A DNA stretch of 28,355 bases. Origin: a virus. Its lineage: Duplodnaviria; Caudoviricetes. Below, one piece after another: positions 7,823-16,576 of this stretch; position 1 is the stretch's first letter, and each line of letters starts with the position of its first letter. The notes under the pieces were generated by a model that made no database searches, was not told where the DNA came from, and was given only the letters and a program-made list of their open reading frames with translations. Where the stretch lies: the IMG/VR virus record IMGVR_UViG_3300035135_000697, positions 1 through 28,355 of that record, one strand, 5' to 3'. Both the position numbers and the translations under genes were made by a program.

Positions 7823-10318
7823 ATGAAGTTCTATACTAATGTGCAAATGATCGGGGATAGTTTCCTCGTTCGTGGCTATGATCGTGGTGAGTATTTTCAG
7901 TTCCGTGAGAAATATTCGCCCACTTTGTTCGTTCCTTCGGGCAAACCTACTAACTATAGGACTTTGGAAGGCGAGTATGTTGAAGCAATTCGCCCTGGAT
8001 CTGTTCGAGAGTCTAGAGAGTTCATCAAAAAGTATGAAAGCGTAGAGAACTTCAAGATCTACGGCAATGAGCGGTTTATCTATCAGTATATTTCTGATAA
8101 GTACCCTCAGGACGAGATTAAGTTTGATATTGGTAAGATTCGCCTGTATACAATCGACATCGAGACTCGTTCTGAGAATGGATTTCCCGATGTCGAGTCT
8201 GCTGACCAGGAAATCCTGCTCATTACTATCCAAGATAGTGCTACGAAGGAGATTATTACCTGGGGTCAGGGTCCTTTCAAGGTCCACAAAGACAACCTAA
8301 GGTATCTCCAGTTCAATAATGAGCGTGATCTGCTGAATGCATTCATTACCTGGTGGATCGACCATACTCCAGACATCATTACTGGATGGAACATCCAACT
8401 GTTCGACATGCCGTTCATCGCCAAGCGTTTGGACCGTGTTCTAGGAGAAAAACTTGCCAAGAGACTGTCTCCATGGGGTCTTGTGACTCAAAAAGAGGTC
8501 TTTATTAAGGGTCGTAAGCAAGTTTTCTATGATATTGGTGGTGTTACACAACTAGATTACCTTGATCTGTACAAGAAATTTACTTATACAAACCAAGAAT
8601 CTTATCGTCTAGACCATATCGCCAGTGTAGAACTGGGTCAGCAGAAACTTGATCACTCTGAGTTTGACACCTTCCAAGATTTCTACACAAATGGGTGGAA
8701 GAAGTTCGTAGAATACAACATCATCGATGTGGAGCTCGTAGACCGTCTTGAAGGTAAGATGAAGTTGATCGAGCTCGCTCTGACTATGGCATATGAAGCC
8801 AAGGTGAACTATAATGATGTTTTCTATCAGGTACGGATGTGGGATGCCATCATCTACAACTACCTGAAAAAGAAAAACATTGTTATTCCTCCTAAGGAAA
8901 AGTCTGATAAGGATGAAAAGTATGCGGGCGCGTATGTTAAGGAACCAGTTCCTGGGGTATATGATTGGGTGGTCAGCTTTGACCTTAATAGCCTGTACCC
9001 TCACCTTATTATGCAGTACAATATCTCACCAGAGACAATTCTCGATGAGAGGCATCCCACAGCCAGCGTTGATAAGATACTTGGTGAGCAAATAAGTTTT
9101 GAGATGTACAAGGACTACGCTGTCTGTGCTAACGGTGCAATGTATCGTAAGGACAAGCGTGGGTTTTTGCCAGAATTGATGGAGAAGATGTATGGCGACC
9201 GTGTTATCTTTAAGAAAAAGATGCTTGCCGCAAAGCAGGAGTACGAGAAGACTCCTACTGTTGCACTTGAAAAAGAGATCGCCAGATGTAACAACATTCA
9301 AATGGCGAAAAAGATTTCTCTTAACTCTGCTTATGGTGCTATTGGTAATCAATACTTCAGGTATTACAAACTAGCAAACGCTGAAGCGATCACTTTGTCT
9401 GGTCAGGTCTCGATTCGCTGGATCGAGAACAAAATGAACGAATATCTAAATAGACTTTTGCAGACGGAAGGCGAAGATTATGTCATCGCTAGCGATACCG
9501 ACTCAATCTATCTTAATCTTGGACCTCTTGTTACTAAATTTTTTAGTAATAAGTCTAATGATAAAACAGCAATTGTGGGCGTACTTGACAAGATCTGCCA
9601 GGAGAAACTGGAACCTTTTATCGAATCATCATATCAAGATCTGGCAGCGTATGTTTCGGCGTATGATCAAAAGATGCAAATGAAGCGGGAGAATATCGCC
9701 GAGCGCGGTATCTGGACTGCTAAGAAGAGATATATTCTAAATGTATGGAACAGTGAGGGTGTTCAATATAATGAACCCAAACTGAAAATGATGGGTATTG
9801 AGGCAGTAAAGTCGTCAACACCTGCCCCTTGTAGGGAGATGATTAAGTCTGCCCTCAAGATCATGATGAGTCAGACAGAGGATGACCTCATCGACTTTAT
9901 TGAAGACTCTCGTAAGAAGTTTAAAACTCTGCCACCAGAGCAGATCTCTTTCCCACGGTCAGTAAGTGATGTTGTTAAGTACAAATCACATGCAGACATC
10001 TATGTAAAGGGCACACCGATTCATTGTCGTGGTGCATTACTCTTTAATCACTACATCAAAGAGTATGGTCTTATGAATAAGTATTCTCTTATTCAGAACG
10101 GAGAGAAGATCAAGTTCTGCTATCTCAAGAAACCTAATAAGTTCCATGAGAATGTAATATCCTTCATACAAGACTTCCCAAAAGAACTTGGTATAACTAA
10201 ATATGTGGACTATGATCTGCAGTTTGAAAAGGCATTCCTAGAACCGATGAAGATCATCATTGAATCGGTTGGATGGAGTATCGAAAAGGCAAATACACTG
10301 GAGAATTTCTTCGTGTGA
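7823..10318 (+). CDS. gp43: Family B DNA polymerase
   Basis: Exo I DIET, Exo II GWNIQLFD, Exo III YNIIDV, SFDLNSLYP, KISLNSAYG, SDTDS; uninterrupted. Confidence 0.98.
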   Translation: MKFYTNVQMIGDSFLVRGYDRGEYFQFREKYSPTLFVPSGKPTNYRTLEGEYVEAIRPGSVRESREFIKKYESVENFKIYGNERFIYQYISDKYPQDEIKFDIGKIRLYTIDIETRSENGFPDVESADQEILLITIQDSATKEIITWGQGPFKVHKDNLRYLQFNNERDLLNAFITWWIDHTPDIITGWNIQLFDMPFIAKRLDRVLGEKLAKRLSPWGLVTQKEVFIKGRKQVFYDIGGVTQLDYLDLYKKFTYTNQESYRLDHIASVELGQQKLDHSEFDTFQDFYTNGWKKFVEYNIIDVELVDRLEGKMKLIELALTMAYEAKVNYNDVFYQVRMWDAIIYNYLKKKNIVIPPKEKSDKDEKYAGAYVKEPVPGVYDWVVSFDLNSLYPHLIMQYNISPETILDERHPTASVDKILGEQISFEMYKDYAVCANGAMYRKDKRGFLPELMEKMYGDRVIFKKKMLAAKQEYEKTPTVALEKEIARCNNIQMAKKISLNSAYGAIGNQYFRYYKLANAEAITLSGQVSIRWIENKMNEYLNRLLQTEGEDYVIASDTDSIYLNLGPLVTKFFSNKSNDKTAIVGVLDKICQEKLEPFIESSYQDLAAYVSAYDQKMQMKRENIAERGIWTAKKRYILNVWNSEGVQYNEPKLKMMGIEAVKSSTPAPCREMIKSALKIMMSQTEDDLIDFIEDSRKKFKTLPPEQISFPRSVSDVVKYKSHADIYVKGTPIHCRGALLFNHYIKEYGLMNKYSLIQNGEKIKFCYLKKPNKFHENVISFIQDFPKELGITKYVDYDLQFEKAFLEPMKIIIESVGWSIEKANTLENFFV

Positions 10319-10327
10319 TGCTATAAT
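10319..10327 (+). promoter_or_regulatory. Sigma70-type extended -10 promoter (TGcTATAAT) for uvsX
   Basis: Same 9-mer as 7191-7199, about 21 nt upstream of ATG 10349. Confidence 0.65.
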
Positions 10328-10348
10328 ATTGTCACTACTGGTAACTTC

Positions 10349-11356
10349 ATGGACTTTCTAAAAGACATCGTAAAAGAGATTGGCGATGAGTACACACAAC
10401 TCGCACGGGATATTGACGAGACTGAGACATATGTTGACACAGGTTCGTACATTTTTAACGGACTGTGTTCAGGTAGTATTTTTGGTGGTGTATCTGGGAA
10501 TAAGATTACTGCCATTGCTGGCGAGTCTTCTACTGGCAAAACTTTCTTCAGCCTCGCTGTCGTCAAAAATTTCTTGGATACTAATCCCGATGGTTATTGT
10601 CTATATTTTGACACTGAAGCCGCTGTTACAAAGACTCTCCTCGCAGATCGGGACATCGATCTTGATCGGGTAGTTGTTCTGAATGTTGTAACAATTGAAG
10701 ACTTTCGTAGCAAAGCACTGAAGGCAGTCGATATATACTTAAAAAAACCTGAAGAGGAGCGCAGACCTTGTATGTTTGTGCTAGACTCACTGGGGATGCT
10801 TTCGACTGAGAAAGAGATTACCGACGCTCTCAACGACAAGCAGGTTCGGGATATGACTAAATCCCAACTTGTAAAAGGTGCGTTCCGTATGCTCACCCTG
10901 AAACTGGGGCAGGCAAACATTCCAATGATTGTTACCAACCACACCTACGATGTCATCGGATCTTATGTACCTACCAAAGAAATGGGAGGAGGCAGTGGCC
11001 TCAAGTATGCAGCGTCTACAATCATCTATCTCAGCAAGAAAAAAGAGAAGGATGGAACAGAAGTGGTCGGCAATCTTATCAAAGCTAAGACTGCTAAGTC
11101 GCGTCTGAGTAAAGAGAATAATGAAGTTACAGTGCGTCTTTATTACGATGAGCGTGGTCTTGATAGATATTTTGGTCTTCTTGAACTCGGTGAGATCGGT
11201 GGACTTTGGAAGAATGTAGCAGGTCGCTACGAGATTAACGGCAAGAAAGTTTACGCTAAAGAGATCTATAAGAATCCTGAGAAATACTTCACGGATGATG
11301 TGATGATTGAACTTGATAAAATTGCCGTGAAAGAATTTAGTTATGGAAAAAATTGA
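10349..11356 (+). CDS. uvsX: RecA-like recombinase UvsX
   Basis: GESSTGKT, YFDTEAA, VLDSLGML, MGGGSGLKYAAS. Confidence 0.96.
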   Translation: MDFLKDIVKEIGDEYTQLARDIDETETYVDTGSYIFNGLCSGSIFGGVSGNKITAIAGESSTGKTFFSLAVVKNFLDTNPDGYCLYFDTEAAVTKTLLADRDIDLDRVVVLNVVTIEDFRSKALKAVDIYLKKPEEERRPCMFVLDSLGMLSTEKEITDALNDKQVRDMTKSQLVKGAFRMLTLKLGQANIPMIVTNHTYDVIGSYVPTKEMGGGSGLKYAASTIIYLSKKKEKDGTEVVGNLIKAKTAKSRLSKENNEVTVRLYYDERGLDRYFGLLELGEIGGLWKNVAGRYEINGKKVYAKEIYKNPEKYFTDDVMIELDKIAVKEFSYGKN

Positions 11357-12722
11357 GATCACAGTCCTCAAGAATCTTGTTTATAATGAAGACTACGCTA
11401 GAAAAGTTGTCCCATTCATTAACCTTGAATACTTTGAACTGAGAACGGAGAAGGTTATCTGCGAAGAGATTATTGACTTTATCTCCCAGTACGATAAACT
11501 TCCCACTCCTGAGATTCTACAGATTGAGATTTCAAATAGAGAAGATCTTACTGAACAAGAGTTTAAAGACATTAGAGCAATCCTCCCGCTGTTGATCGAT
11601 GATGACATCAACAACGATTGGTTATTCGATGCTACAGAAAAGTGGTGCAGGGATCGTGCTATATATCTTGCGCTCATGGAATCCATTCGTATTGCCGACG
11701 GCAAGGATGAGAAGAAGGGCAGAGATGCAATCCCGAGTATCCTCAGCGATGCTCTGTCGGTTTGCTTTGACAACCATGTTGGGCACGACTACCTAGAAGA
11801 CTACGAACAACGCTATGAGTCCTATCACAAGCAAGAAGATAAGATCCCATTCGACCTTGAATTCTTTAACAAGATCACAAAGGGTGGTCTCCCTAATAAG
11901 ACTCTCAATGTCGCTCTTGCTGGTACAGGTGTCGGCAAGTCTCTATTCATGTGCCACATGGCTAGCTCCGTCCTCTTGCAGGGGAAGAATGTTCTCTACA
12001 TCACTCTTGAGATGGCGGAGGTCAGAATTGCTGAACGGATTGACGCGAACCTCCTCAATGTAAATATCAAAGACATTGCTGAACTGCCTAAGGTAATGTT
12101 CGAGAATAAGGTTACGAAACTCTCACAAAAGACTCAAGGTCAGCTAATTATTAAAGAGTATCCTACTGCGAGTGCCCACAGTGGACATTTTAAAGCACTT
12201 CTTAATGAGCTTGCACTTAAGAAGTCATTTAGACCTGATATTATTTTCATTGATTACCTTAATATATGCGCTTCCTCACGATATCGCGGCAACGGTAATG
12301 TCAATTCATATAGCTATATCAAAGCTATTGCTGAGGAGCTTAGAGGGTTGGCTGTTGAAGCAGGAGTCCCTATCGTTTCTGCCACGCAGACCACTCGTTC
12401 TGGTTATGGTAGCTCTGATGTTGAGCTTACTGATACCTCTGAGTCCTTTGGTCTCCCTGCTACTGCTGATCTTATGTTTGCCCTTATTTCTACTGAAGAG
12501 CTCGAAGAACTGGGACAAATTATGGTGAAGCAACTGAAGAATCGTTACAACGATCTATCAGTTAATAAGAGATTTGTAGTTGGAATTGACCGTTCTAAAA
12601 TGAGACTGTATGATTGTGAGCAGTCCCAGGGTGGAGATCTTCTAGACAGTGGGCAGGAAGAAGAGTATGAACCTCCTTCTACTAATGGTATGAAGAACAA
12701 GTTTGCAAAGTTGAATTTCTAA
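11343..12722 (+). CDS. gp41: Replicative DnaB-family helicase
   Basis: LAGTGVGKS, ITLEMAE, IFIDYLNI, ATQTTR, SESFGLPATAD, QLKNRY. Confidence 0.97.
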   Translation: MEKIEITVLKNLVYNEDYARKVVPFINLEYFELRTEKVICEEIIDFISQYDKLPTPEILQIEISNREDLTEQEFKDIRAILPLLIDDDINNDWLFDATEKWCRDRAIYLALMESIRIADGKDEKKGRDAIPSILSDALSVCFDNHVGHDYLEDYEQRYESYHKQEDKIPFDLEFFNKITKGGLPNKTLNVALAGTGVGKSLFMCHMASSVLLQGKNVLYITLEMAEVRIAERIDANLLNVNIKDIAELPKVMFENKVTKLSQKTQGQLIIKEYPTASAHSGHFKALLNELALKKSFRPDIIFIDYLNICASSRYRGNGNVNSYSYIKAIAEELRGLAVEAGVPIVSATQTTRSGYGSSDVELTDTSESFGLPATADLMFALISTEELEELGQIMVKQLKNRYNDLSVNKRFVVGIDRSKMRLYDCEQSQGGDLLDSGQEEEYEPPSTNGMKNKFAKLNF

Positions 12723-13588
12723 TGATACGAAACAGTAACAACGACTGGCAGGATATCTGTGAGATAAATCCTCTCAAGGTAGAGTTTAAATACCTTGGGG
12801 ATATCCCTGTATTAATTGCTAGAGACTTCTTTACTAATCCTGATGCAATTACTGAGTTCTTTAGTAAGGGTCATTGGTGGGAGAATGGTACAAATGAAGT
12901 AATGGCTGAAGAACTTATTAGACCAGGTAAGTCATTATATTTTCACGAGGAGGTAATGGATTGGTTTGCTGCACCAATCTTGGCACCGTTCCAGTCTCTT
13001 CTTGGTGTGAAGGCATTAAAACTTCACTCTATTAATGGTAATTGTTTTAATGGTGACATGCCATTAGATAATCTTCTCTCTGCATTTCCTCATACAGATG
13101 TTCCTGGTGGAGATTTTGTAAAAGCTCCTCAGATTGCATTCAATATCGGTCTTACAAAGGAGAGACAGCATCTGGTACAAACTGGGTTTTGGTCTTTCGA
13201 TGGTAAAAAATCTAAATTAGATTTTAGTTTTAATGACGAATCTGCGGTCGAAAAACTTAACGATTATATCCTCGGCACCAAGGATGCTCGTGGTAATACT
13301 TGGTTCCAGATCAAAGATTTTGAACAGTATAAGCTTGAAGAAATCGTCAACATAGACTATAATAGTCTTGTAGCATATCCAACTCACTATCTTCACAATC
13401 CATACATGGAACCTCATTGGTTCACTGGACATGATAGAGTAACCATTGCTGGGTTCCTCGGTGCATATCCAGAAGATCTAGATTTTGAAGACAACCATTT
13501 GGAAGATGTGTCATACGCTTGGGAGTTTTTCCAACTAGACAAAATCCACAACTTCCATCCAAAGAAAACAAAAATTATTTGTGATTAG
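12722..13588 (+). CDS. DUF6445-like / 2OG-Fe(II) oxygenase-fold protein
   Basis: VLIARDFFTNPD, RPG, PHTD, TGFW, YNSLVAYP..YLH, RVT; same pattern as 26269..26859. Confidence 0.6.
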   Translation: MIRNSNNDWQDICEINPLKVEFKYLGDIPVLIARDFFTNPDAITEFFSKGHWWENGTNEVMAEELIRPGKSLYFHEEVMDWFAAPILAPFQSLLGVKALKLHSINGNCFNGDMPLDNLLSAFPHTDVPGGDFVKAPQIAFNIGLTKERQHLVQTGFWSFDGKKSKLDFSFNDESAVEKLNDYILGTKDARGNTWFQIKDFEQYKLEEIVNIDYNSLVAYPTHYLHNPYMEPHWFTGHDRVTIAGFLGAYPEDLDFEDNHLEDVSYAWEFFQLDKIHNFHPKKTKIICD

Positions 13589-13590
13589 TC

Positions 13591-14208
13591 ATGCCAATGA
13601 ATACGAATGCCCTCAATAATGAGGTGCCTCAACCTATTCCCCCTCGTCGTCCTAACCGTCCTAAAGAGTTTTGGGAAGCAGAACCTGGTGATGCTGAGGT
13701 TGTGAACGCATGGCGGGACAATCCTGAAGATCCTACTAGTCAACAGGGTGCTGTTCCTCAACAACCAGAACCCGTTGCTCCCAATGTCGTCGTAACTCCT
13801 AGCACTGCTCCCCGTGGCGACCGTTATATTGAGTTCGTTGATCAGGTTACTAGTGCCCCCTCTAAGGATAATGCACAGTTCATCGCTCGTGTTGCTGCAC
13901 TGAAAGCGAATGGTTGTGCCATTGAGCGTCTGTTAACCGCTGCCGTCGGTATCTCTGCAGAGGGTGGTGAGTTTATGGAGATCGTTAAGAAGATCGCCTT
14001 CCAAGGCAAACCTTGGGATGCTGCAAACATTGATCATCTGAAGATCGAACTGGGCGATGTCATGTGGTATGTTGCTCAGGCATGTATGGCACTGGATATC
14101 TCTTTGGAAGAGGTCCTGGATCGTAACATCGATAAACTGTCGAAGCGTTATCCTGAAGGCACCTTCGATGCTTACTACTCAGAGAATCGTCGGGCAGGAG
14201 ATCTCTGA
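13591..14208 (+). CDS. mazG: MazG-like nucleoside triphosphate pyrophosphohydrolase with Pro-rich N-terminal extension
   Basis: LLTAAVGISAEGGEFMEIVKK...ELGDVMWYVAQAC...NIDKLSKRYP. Confidence 0.92.
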   Translation: MPMNTNALNNEVPQPIPPRRPNRPKEFWEAEPGDAEVVNAWRDNPEDPTSQQGAVPQQPEPVAPNVVVTPSTAPRGDRYIEFVDQVTSAPSKDNAQFIARVAALKANGCAIERLLTAAVGISAEGGEFMEIVKKIAFQGKPWDAANIDHLKIELGDVMWYVAQACMALDISLEEVLDRNIDKLSKRYPEGTFDAYYSENRRAGDL

Positions 14209-14363
14209 TGGACGCAGCAGTACATGCATGGAACTCAATGGGTTGGTTCGATGGTTTTCTTTTTACCGTCTGGATCGTCGCATTGTATGTTGGCAAACTG
14301 AAAATTGATCAACGGTTTGCCCGTCGTACCGTATACCGTGTTAAATTAGAAGAGGACAAATGA
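14208..14363 (+). CDS. 51-aa single-pass membrane peptide (not in ORF track)
   Basis: MDAAVHAWNSMGWFDGFLFTVWIVALYVGKLKIDQRFARRTVYRVKLEEDK; TGATG overlap with mazG and ATGA overlap with the next gene. Confidence 0.75.
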   Translation: MDAAVHAWNSMGWFDGFLFTVWIVALYVGKLKIDQRFARRTVYRVKLEEDK

Positions 14364-14584
14364 CCAAGATCAATCTTGAAATCGAACTTGTAGATGCACT
14401 CTCTGTACTGCAAGCTTTGGTGCGGGAACAAGAAGGATTCACTCAGGATCCTACTTGCACTCCTGATCGTATTGCTCGTATCCGTAAGGTAATTCTTGAA
14501 CTGGATAAAGCAATGGATGCAGCATCTGGTGATGGATGTCCACCAGGAACTGTCGCTGTGAATGGCGAGTGTGCTGAACTCTAA
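14360..14584 (+). CDS. Hypothetical protein
   Basis: SD GAGGA, ATGA overlap, followed by a terminator. Confidence 0.7.
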   Translation: MTKINLEIELVDALSVLQALVREQEGFTQDPTCTPDRIARIRKVILELDKAMDAASGDGCPPGTVAVNGECAEL

Positions 14585-14593
14585 TCTAAATAC

Positions 14594-14618
14594 AGGGGAG
14601 TAGGACTCCCCTTTTTTT
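14594..14618 (+). terminator. Rho-independent terminator ending the replication transcript
   Basis: AGGGGAGT-AGG-ACTCCCCT with a T7 run; preceded by TAAATA at 14587-14592. Confidence 0.85.
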
Positions 14619-15953
14619 ATGGCTGAACCCTCAGAAGGATTTTTTGCTGGGTGTGCTTTATGCACTAACCAGGAACTGAATGCTGCCACTGCTAACGAGA
14701 CATCGTTGCAGAACTTCTATGACATTATGTTCCAGAGATACAACTCTAGTCAAGTTGTTGGTGCTGGGGCAGTAAAGAATGACTTCTTGAAAGAAGTTAC
14801 TATTGGCAACTCTAAGAACCTAGCAACATTCTATTCAGATCTTGTCATTGGAATCTCTGCTGTGAAAGCAGTTAGGAATTTCATGGCAACAAGTTCTACA
14901 TATACACTACAACCTAACGCTGTTCCAAATGCAGTATATCTGACAGGAACACAGTGGCCTAAAGAGGTTCAGCAGTTTAAGTTTGCTGCTTTTGGTATGG
15001 CAGACTTTAATTCATCAGATTTAATCTTACAATACGGTGCCACATATGTTGGCGTATCTCTAAAGAAAAAACCAAAAGCAACAGCTCCGAGTCCTACTCT
15101 CATCAATAAAGCGTTCGATACTGTATTGAACGGTCCTACATTTGCAAATATTAAAAAACAACTTACCACTGCTAGACAGAACTTCTTTGGTCAAGTTATT
15201 AAGGATGCACTGACCACTGGACCTCTTGTAGGTATTGCTAAGTTAGAAGATGGGTCTGATCCTCGTACCGCTCCTGTAGATAAGTTATGGAGAACGAAGA
15301 TCAAGATCATGAAAAACGGAAAGGAAACTGCCGTTGCACTAATTAATCTTAAGGATACTGGTATGGTATCTGATTCTGCTCTTTTAAATCCAGAGATTCC
15401 TAGACAATCTGCAAGTTCCATGAGGAACTATGTTAATGGAAAGTTGGGTAAAGTTGGGAATGAACCCAATGCTTTGTACAAACAATTTTTAGCAATCATT
15501 CAGCAGAATCAACAGATGTTTGCTGACACTCTTATCAATCTGATTCTTAAAAAGAGTTTGTTGGATGAGATGAGTGAATATACAACAACCAATTTTGAGT
15601 TTATCTTATGTACTGGTGTTGGAAATGTAACTATTTCTAAGACAACGGGTATGAATATTCAACCTGGACGCGGTGAATGTATTGGTATAGATAGTGTTGC
15701 ACTGGCACTCGCTGCATTAAGAAAGGCACCAAAGACTATTGAGATTGATCAGCAGAAGACAGCAGCATCCACTGCTGCAAAGTTGTACTTCAAAGTCAAA
15801 GCTGGTACAATGGAATTACTAGACTTAGAATTGAGGTACAAGGGGTCATTTACTGCACAACCTCAGTTCCAAGCTTTCTTAGCATCGGACCTTAAAGGAT
15901 TACTCACAGGATCAGGACAATTTAGTAATGCAAAAGCGATCATCAGGGGCTGA
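14619..15953 (+). CDS. 444-aa hypothetical protein, possible PD-(D/E)XK-like nuclease fold
   Basis: Long ORF; SSDLIL...VGVSLKKK motif. Confidence 0.6.
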   Translation: MAEPSEGFFAGCALCTNQELNAATANETSLQNFYDIMFQRYNSSQVVGAGAVKNDFLKEVTIGNSKNLATFYSDLVIGISAVKAVRNFMATSSTYTLQPNAVPNAVYLTGTQWPKEVQQFKFAAFGMADFNSSDLILQYGATYVGVSLKKKPKATAPSPTLINKAFDTVLNGPTFANIKKQLTTARQNFFGQVIKDALTTGPLVGIAKLEDGSDPRTAPVDKLWRTKIKIMKNGKETAVALINLKDTGMVSDSALLNPEIPRQSASSMRNYVNGKLGKVGNEPNALYKQFLAIIQQNQQMFADTLINLILKKSLLDEMSEYTTTNFEFILCTGVGNVTISKTTGMNIQPGRGECIGIDSVALALAALRKAPKTIEIDQQKTAASTAAKLYFKVKAGTMELLDLELRYKGSFTAQPQFQAFLASDLKGLLTGSGQFSNAKAIIRG

Positions 15954-16572
15954 TAGAAAAAAAGCAGACTTTGTTTTTGGAATTCCTCTCTTTAGATATT
16001 GGAAAGATCCGACAGAATTGCGACAAATTGCTGAACAAAAGTACAAAACCTGGGAAGACTATCCCATCAATGATAGTCCTAGTGGTTGGGATTGCTCACT
16101 GAGGACGGAGTTTAATGTCGCGCATGAAAATTACTATGAACAATTTTATGACGATATTATGGTAGAACTTGCCGAAGATCTTGGACTAGATGGGCATAGA
16201 TGTTATATTGATGAGAGTTGGTTGAACTATTATACGGATCCAAATCACTCTCAGGAAGAACATGATCATCTTCCTGGATACTTTTCTGCCATACATTATA
16301 TAAAAATTAATCCAGAAGTTCATGGTTCGACTATCTTTACTAACCCACTAGCACAGATGTCTTCTTTCATGAATGATGGTAAAGATTATAAGGAATACTC
16401 AGGAATGAATTCAGAAACTTGGACTCCCGAAGTCATTTCTGGTGATATCATAGTCTTCCCATCATTCCTAAAGCATCGGGTGAACCATGCAAAGACTTCA
16501 GAGAGTAGGATCACACTAGCATTTAATATAAATACCATCAAAGGGTCCAGTAGAAGGGTATTCGGTCGCTGA
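15928..16572 (+). CDS. 2OG-Fe(II) oxygenase-fold protein
   Basis: SWLNYY, QEEHDH, FSAIHY, GDIIVFPSFLKHRV, RITLAFN. Confidence 0.85.
   Translation: MQKRSSGADRKKADFVFGIPLFRYWKDPTELRQIAEQKYKTWEDYPINDSPSGWDCSLRTEFNVAHENYYEQFYDDIMVELAEDLGLDGHRCYIDESWLNYYTDPNHSQEEHDHLPGYFSAIHYIKINPEVHGSTIFTNPLAQMSSFMNDGKDYKEYSGMNSETWTPEVISGDIIVFPSFLKHRVNHAKTSESRITLAFNINTIKGSSRRVFGR
16527..16534 (+). promoter_or_regulatory. T4-type late promoter TATAAATA
   Basis: Exact consensus 42 nt upstream of ATG 16577. Confidence 0.8.
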
Positions 16573-16576
16573 TACT

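Noticed and set aside
14360-14584. Possible CP12 (small Cys-containing protein)
   Set aside because: Lacks the AWDxVEEL core and the C-terminal CxxxPxxxEC pattern of CP12.
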